A stretch of 64,000 nt of DNA from Paraspadella gotoi (taxonomy: Eukaryota; Animalia; Chaetognatha), in contig CM119270.1 in the NCBI GenBank assembly GCA_051294375.1, positions 19,603,741-19,667,740 on the forward strand, written 5' to 3'. The notes under the pieces are model-generated. The model had not been told where the DNA came from, made no database searches, and saw only the letters and a program-made list of their open reading frames with translations. The position numbers and the translations under genes are program-made. Positions 63,252 through 64,000 of the stretch are shown here, in pieces. Numbering within the stretch: the stretch's first letter is position 1; the number at the start of each line of letters is the position of its first letter.

Positions 63252-64000
63252 AATTCGTCACTAAGCGACGAATCAAACGGAAAATAATTCTGGTTTCATT
63301 TCGCATGATGCTCATTGAGGATGCATTGAGGGGGTAATTAGGGTAACGACCGCTCCCCAAAAGAACGTTCCCTCACACCCTTACTCTGGAGTTCACCTAG
63401 GAGAACTTACCTTCCTAACTTTTTTTTTTCTCTTCAGTTCCTTTCGTATTCAAACTTGGACTCGATGAAGTAAAAATCCAACGTGATTCTCCTCTTCTTA
63501 CGATTAATCCTCATTTCGTCCTTACCTTTTTTTTCCTTACCCTCGCTACTCACTCTCTTCGTCTCCACTTCACTTTCTCCCTTTCTCTTTTAACTCACTA
63601 TTTCACCTCACGAAACTCTTACACTCACCGCTACCCACACTATATCCTACATTTTCTCCACATTTTCATCCCAGGACTTTCAAGTTTAATTCATTATGAC
63701 AGAATATGTTAATATATAATTAACATGTCATTGTATTATTTATTATGTAAGTTTTTTTATCAAATAAAAACTATTCTTGTATTTTAGGAATTATTATGTT
63801 TATTTCAATACTTTTCTTTTTTGATTTTTTTTTCGCCCCAGGTCACGCCCCCTAAGGGACTGGGTCACCCAGCCTAGCGAAGGATGCCTCTCCTCTGCAG
63901 GATACCTTGCCTTACTTCCTGCCTCACCCGGCGAGGCCGGCTTCCCTTTCTTCCCCGCGCCCCCCTTTTAACCAATCTCGATGCCCGAGGTCAGAGTGAT

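Overview
This is eukaryotic DNA, probably from an invertebrate draft assembly. It is dominated by microsatellites ((AG)n, (AAAG)n, (GTC)n, (GATA)n, (AAAT)n), 11 N-gaps and noisy near-duplicated blocks next to gaps. The one unambiguous element is an intact, very young Ty3/Gypsy LTR retrotransposon on the minus strand (1900-7981). It has ~595-bp near-identical LTRs, a tRNA-Trp-like PBS, a PPT, gag with a CHCC zinc knuckle (CsRn1-clade signature) and pol (PR-RT-RH-IN). Its gag/pol junction carries a G GGA AAC slippery site followed by a predicted H-type pseudoknot whose loop contains the gag stop codon. The element has an atypical DGG protease motif, a long disordered integrase tail and no target-site duplication. 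Elsewhere I see a Helentron-associated (HINE/DINE-1-like) non-autonomous element with sibling ends, several minisatellites, tRNA-like remnants and small candidate exons. One exon cluster (41.6-42.4 kb) splices in phase into a sequence resembling the C-terminal part of an M14 zinc carboxypeptidase. Nearly all other ORF-track entries are microsatellite artefacts. I found no CRISPR, rRNA or convincing intact tRNA gene, and no clearly new biological system beyond these leads.
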